Positions 62,490 to 64,000 of a stretch of DNA of 64,000 nt are shown piece after piece. Made by a program: the position numbers and the translations under genes. Every line of letters starts with the position of its first letter. The stretch's first letter is position 1. Origin of the DNA: Rickettsiales bacterium. Its GTDB lineage: Bacteria; Pseudomonadota; Alphaproteobacteria; Rickettsiales; UBA3002. The notes beneath the pieces are model-generated. The model saw only the letters and a program-made list of their open reading frames with translations. It was not told the origin of the DNA and ran no database searches. The DNA is taken from assembly GCA_046154225.1 (NCBI GenBank), contig JBJXEM010000041.1, forward strand, positions 3,411 to 67,410, read 5' to 3'.

Positions 62490-63674
62490 ATGACCAACCC
62501 ATCCGACATCGTCATCATCGACGCCATCCGCACGGCGGTGGGGAACTTCAACGGGGGCCTCGCCAGCTTCACCGGCGCGCAGCTGGGGGCCGAGGTGATT
62601 AAAACCCTCATGAGCCGCTACAAACTGGGCGCGCACGATGTGTCGGAAGTGATTATGGGCCAGGTGCTCACCGGCGATGCGGGCCAGAACCCGGCGCGCC
62701 AAGCCGCGATTCACGCGGGCGTTGCGACGGACGCGACCGCCATGACCATCAACCAGGTGTGCGGCTCGGGCCTGCGCGCGGTGGCTGAGGGCATGAAATC
62801 CATCATGGCCGGTGACAGCACCATTGTCATCGCAGGCGGGCAGGAAAGCATGAGCCAAGCCCCCCACGCCATGCATTTGCGCAATGGCGTGAAAATGGGT
62901 AACGCCGCCATGGCCGACACCATGATTGTGGACGGTTTGTGGGACGCGTTTAACGACTACCACATGGGCATCACGGCGGAAAACATCGCCGAGCAATTCC
63001 AAATCACCCGCGCCGACCAGGACGCGTTCGCCGCCAGCAGCCAGCAGAAAGCCGCCAAGGCACAAGCTGCTGGCAAATTTCAGGCGGAAATTATTCCCAT
63101 CACCATCAAAAACAAAAAAGGCGATGTGGTGGTCGATAAAGACGAATTCATCCGCCCCGACACGACCGTCGAAAGCCTCAGCAAACTGCGCCCGGCCTTC
63201 AAGCCCGACGGCACCGTGACCGCCGGCAACGCCAGCGGCATTAACGACGGTGCGGCGGCTGTACTGCTGATGACACGCCGCGAAGCCGAAAAACGCGGCC
63301 TGAAACCTATCGCCACCATTAAGTCGTGGGCTACGGCGGGCGTGGACCCCAAAATCATGGGCACCGGCCCCATTCCCGCTTCGAAAAAAGCGCTCGAAAA
63401 AGCGGGCTGGAAAACGACCGACCTCGACCTCATCGAAGCTAACGAAGCATTTTGTGCGCAAGCGATTGCCGTCAACCGCGAAATGGGCTGGGACGTGGCG
63501 AAGGTGAACGTGAATGGTGGTGCTACCGCCATCGGCCACCCCATCGGTGCATCCGGCGCGCGCATTCTCACCACTTTACTGCACGAAATGAAACGCAGCG
63601 GCGGCAAAAAAGGCCTCGCCACCTTGTGTATCGGTGGCGGCATGGGCATCGCGATGTGCGTGGAAGCAGCTTAA
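62490..63674 (+). CDS. phaA: Acetyl-CoA acetyltransferase (beta-ketothiolase)
   Basis: INQVCGSGLRAV (active Cys), NVNGGATAIGHPIGASGARIL and LCIGGGMGIAM. Confidence 0.95.
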   Translation: MTNPSDIVIIDAIRTAVGNFNGGLASFTGAQLGAEVIKTLMSRYKLGAHDVSEVIMGQVLTGDAGQNPARQAAIHAGVATDATAMTINQVCGSGLRAVAEGMKSIMAGDSTIVIAGGQESMSQAPHAMHLRNGVKMGNAAMADTMIVDGLWDAFNDYHMGITAENIAEQFQITRADQDAFAASSQQKAAKAQAAGKFQAEIIPITIKNKKGDVVVDKDEFIRPDTTVESLSKLRPAFKPDGTVTAGNASGINDGAAAVLLMTRREAEKRGLKPIATIKSWATAGVDPKIMGTGPIPASKKALEKAGWKTTDLDLIEANEAFCAQAIAVNREMGWDVAKVNVNGGATAIGHPIGASGARILTTLLHEMKRSGGKKGLATLCIGGGMGIAMCVEAA

Positions 63675-63702
63675 TTACGAAATAACCGACAAAGGACGAA
63701 CA

Positions 63703-64000
63703 ATGAAAGACGGTACCATGAAAGGTCGCATTGCACTGGTCACGGGTGGCACCCGCGGCATTGGCGCGGCGATTGCGAAAGATTTGAAAAAAGCGGGCGC
63801 GAAAGTAGTGGCGACCTATCACGGCAACGAAGATTCGGCGAATGCGTTCAAAAAAGAAACCGGCATTGAAGTGATGCGGTTCGACGTGGCCGATTTCGAC
63901 CAATGCAGCCAGGCCGTAAAACGCATCGAGGCGGAAATCGGGCCGGTGGATATTCTGGTCAACAACGCGGGCATCACGCGCGACGGATTTTTGCACAAAA
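63703..64000 (+). CDS. phaB: Acetoacetyl-CoA reductase, N-terminal part (the 3' end lies outside the window)
   Basis: Translation from the ATG at 63703 gives MKDGTMKGRIALVTGGTRGIGAAIAKDLKKAGAKVVATYHGNE...ILVNNAGITRDGFLHK. The frame stays open to the window end. It follows phaA. Confidence 0.85.
   Translation, partial: MKDGTMKGRIALVTGGTRGIGAAIAKDLKKAGAKVVATYHGNEDSANAFKKETGIEVMRFDVADFDQCSQAVKRIEAEIGPVDILVNNAGITRDGFLHK

Overview
This is a 64-kb chromosomal segment with alphaproteobacterial hallmarks. It carries the aroA-cmk-rpsA-sppA-ihfB-lapA-trpF-trpB-trpA block, a fliF-fliG-fliH-fliN-flbD-flhA-flhF-flhG polar-flagellum block, addA-trxA and rcdA. Coding density is high, and I recognised no rRNA, tRNA or CRISPR array.

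The left end (about 1-4.2 kb) is visibly AT-richer and looks accessory. It holds a Dam-like methylase fragment, a ParB-like protein, a protein with a HEPN-like RNxxxH motif, an orphan protein and a class III Fic adenylyltransferase.

The most unusual region is a 10.5-kb string of ten minus-strand genes running from 16580 down to 6063, with very short or overlapping junctions. In order it encodes:
- a 6-Cys secreted peptide (bufferin/BufA2-like RiPP precursor);
- a single-polypeptide DUF692(MNIO)-DUF2063 fusion;
- a DoxX-DoxX-NDH-2 fusion;
- a ketone-body/PHB-mobilisation module (bdhA, patatin-like patD-type lipase, two tandem acetoacetate decarboxylases);
- a second precursor-like gene of the DUF2282 (BufA1-like) type, ATGA-coupled to a membrane class III adenylate cyclase;
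- a DUF3307 protein and a cNMP-binding/DUF1003 membrane protein.

Other notable content:
- a cupredoxin + FTR1 iron permease pair with a Fur-box-like site;
- a degenerate-EAL protein coupled to a prepilin-peptidase homologue that appears to lack its catalytic Asp residues;
- a minimal glutamine-synthetase-like ligase;
- an HK-MarR-TAXI trio;
- the PHB synthesis locus phaR / phaC-like / phaA / phaB, with an apparent frame change at the phaC-like 5' end;
- at least nine MITE-like palindromic repeats sitting in intergenic gaps of otherwise conserved operons.

All calls come from reading the translations and the DNA by eye. No database search was run.
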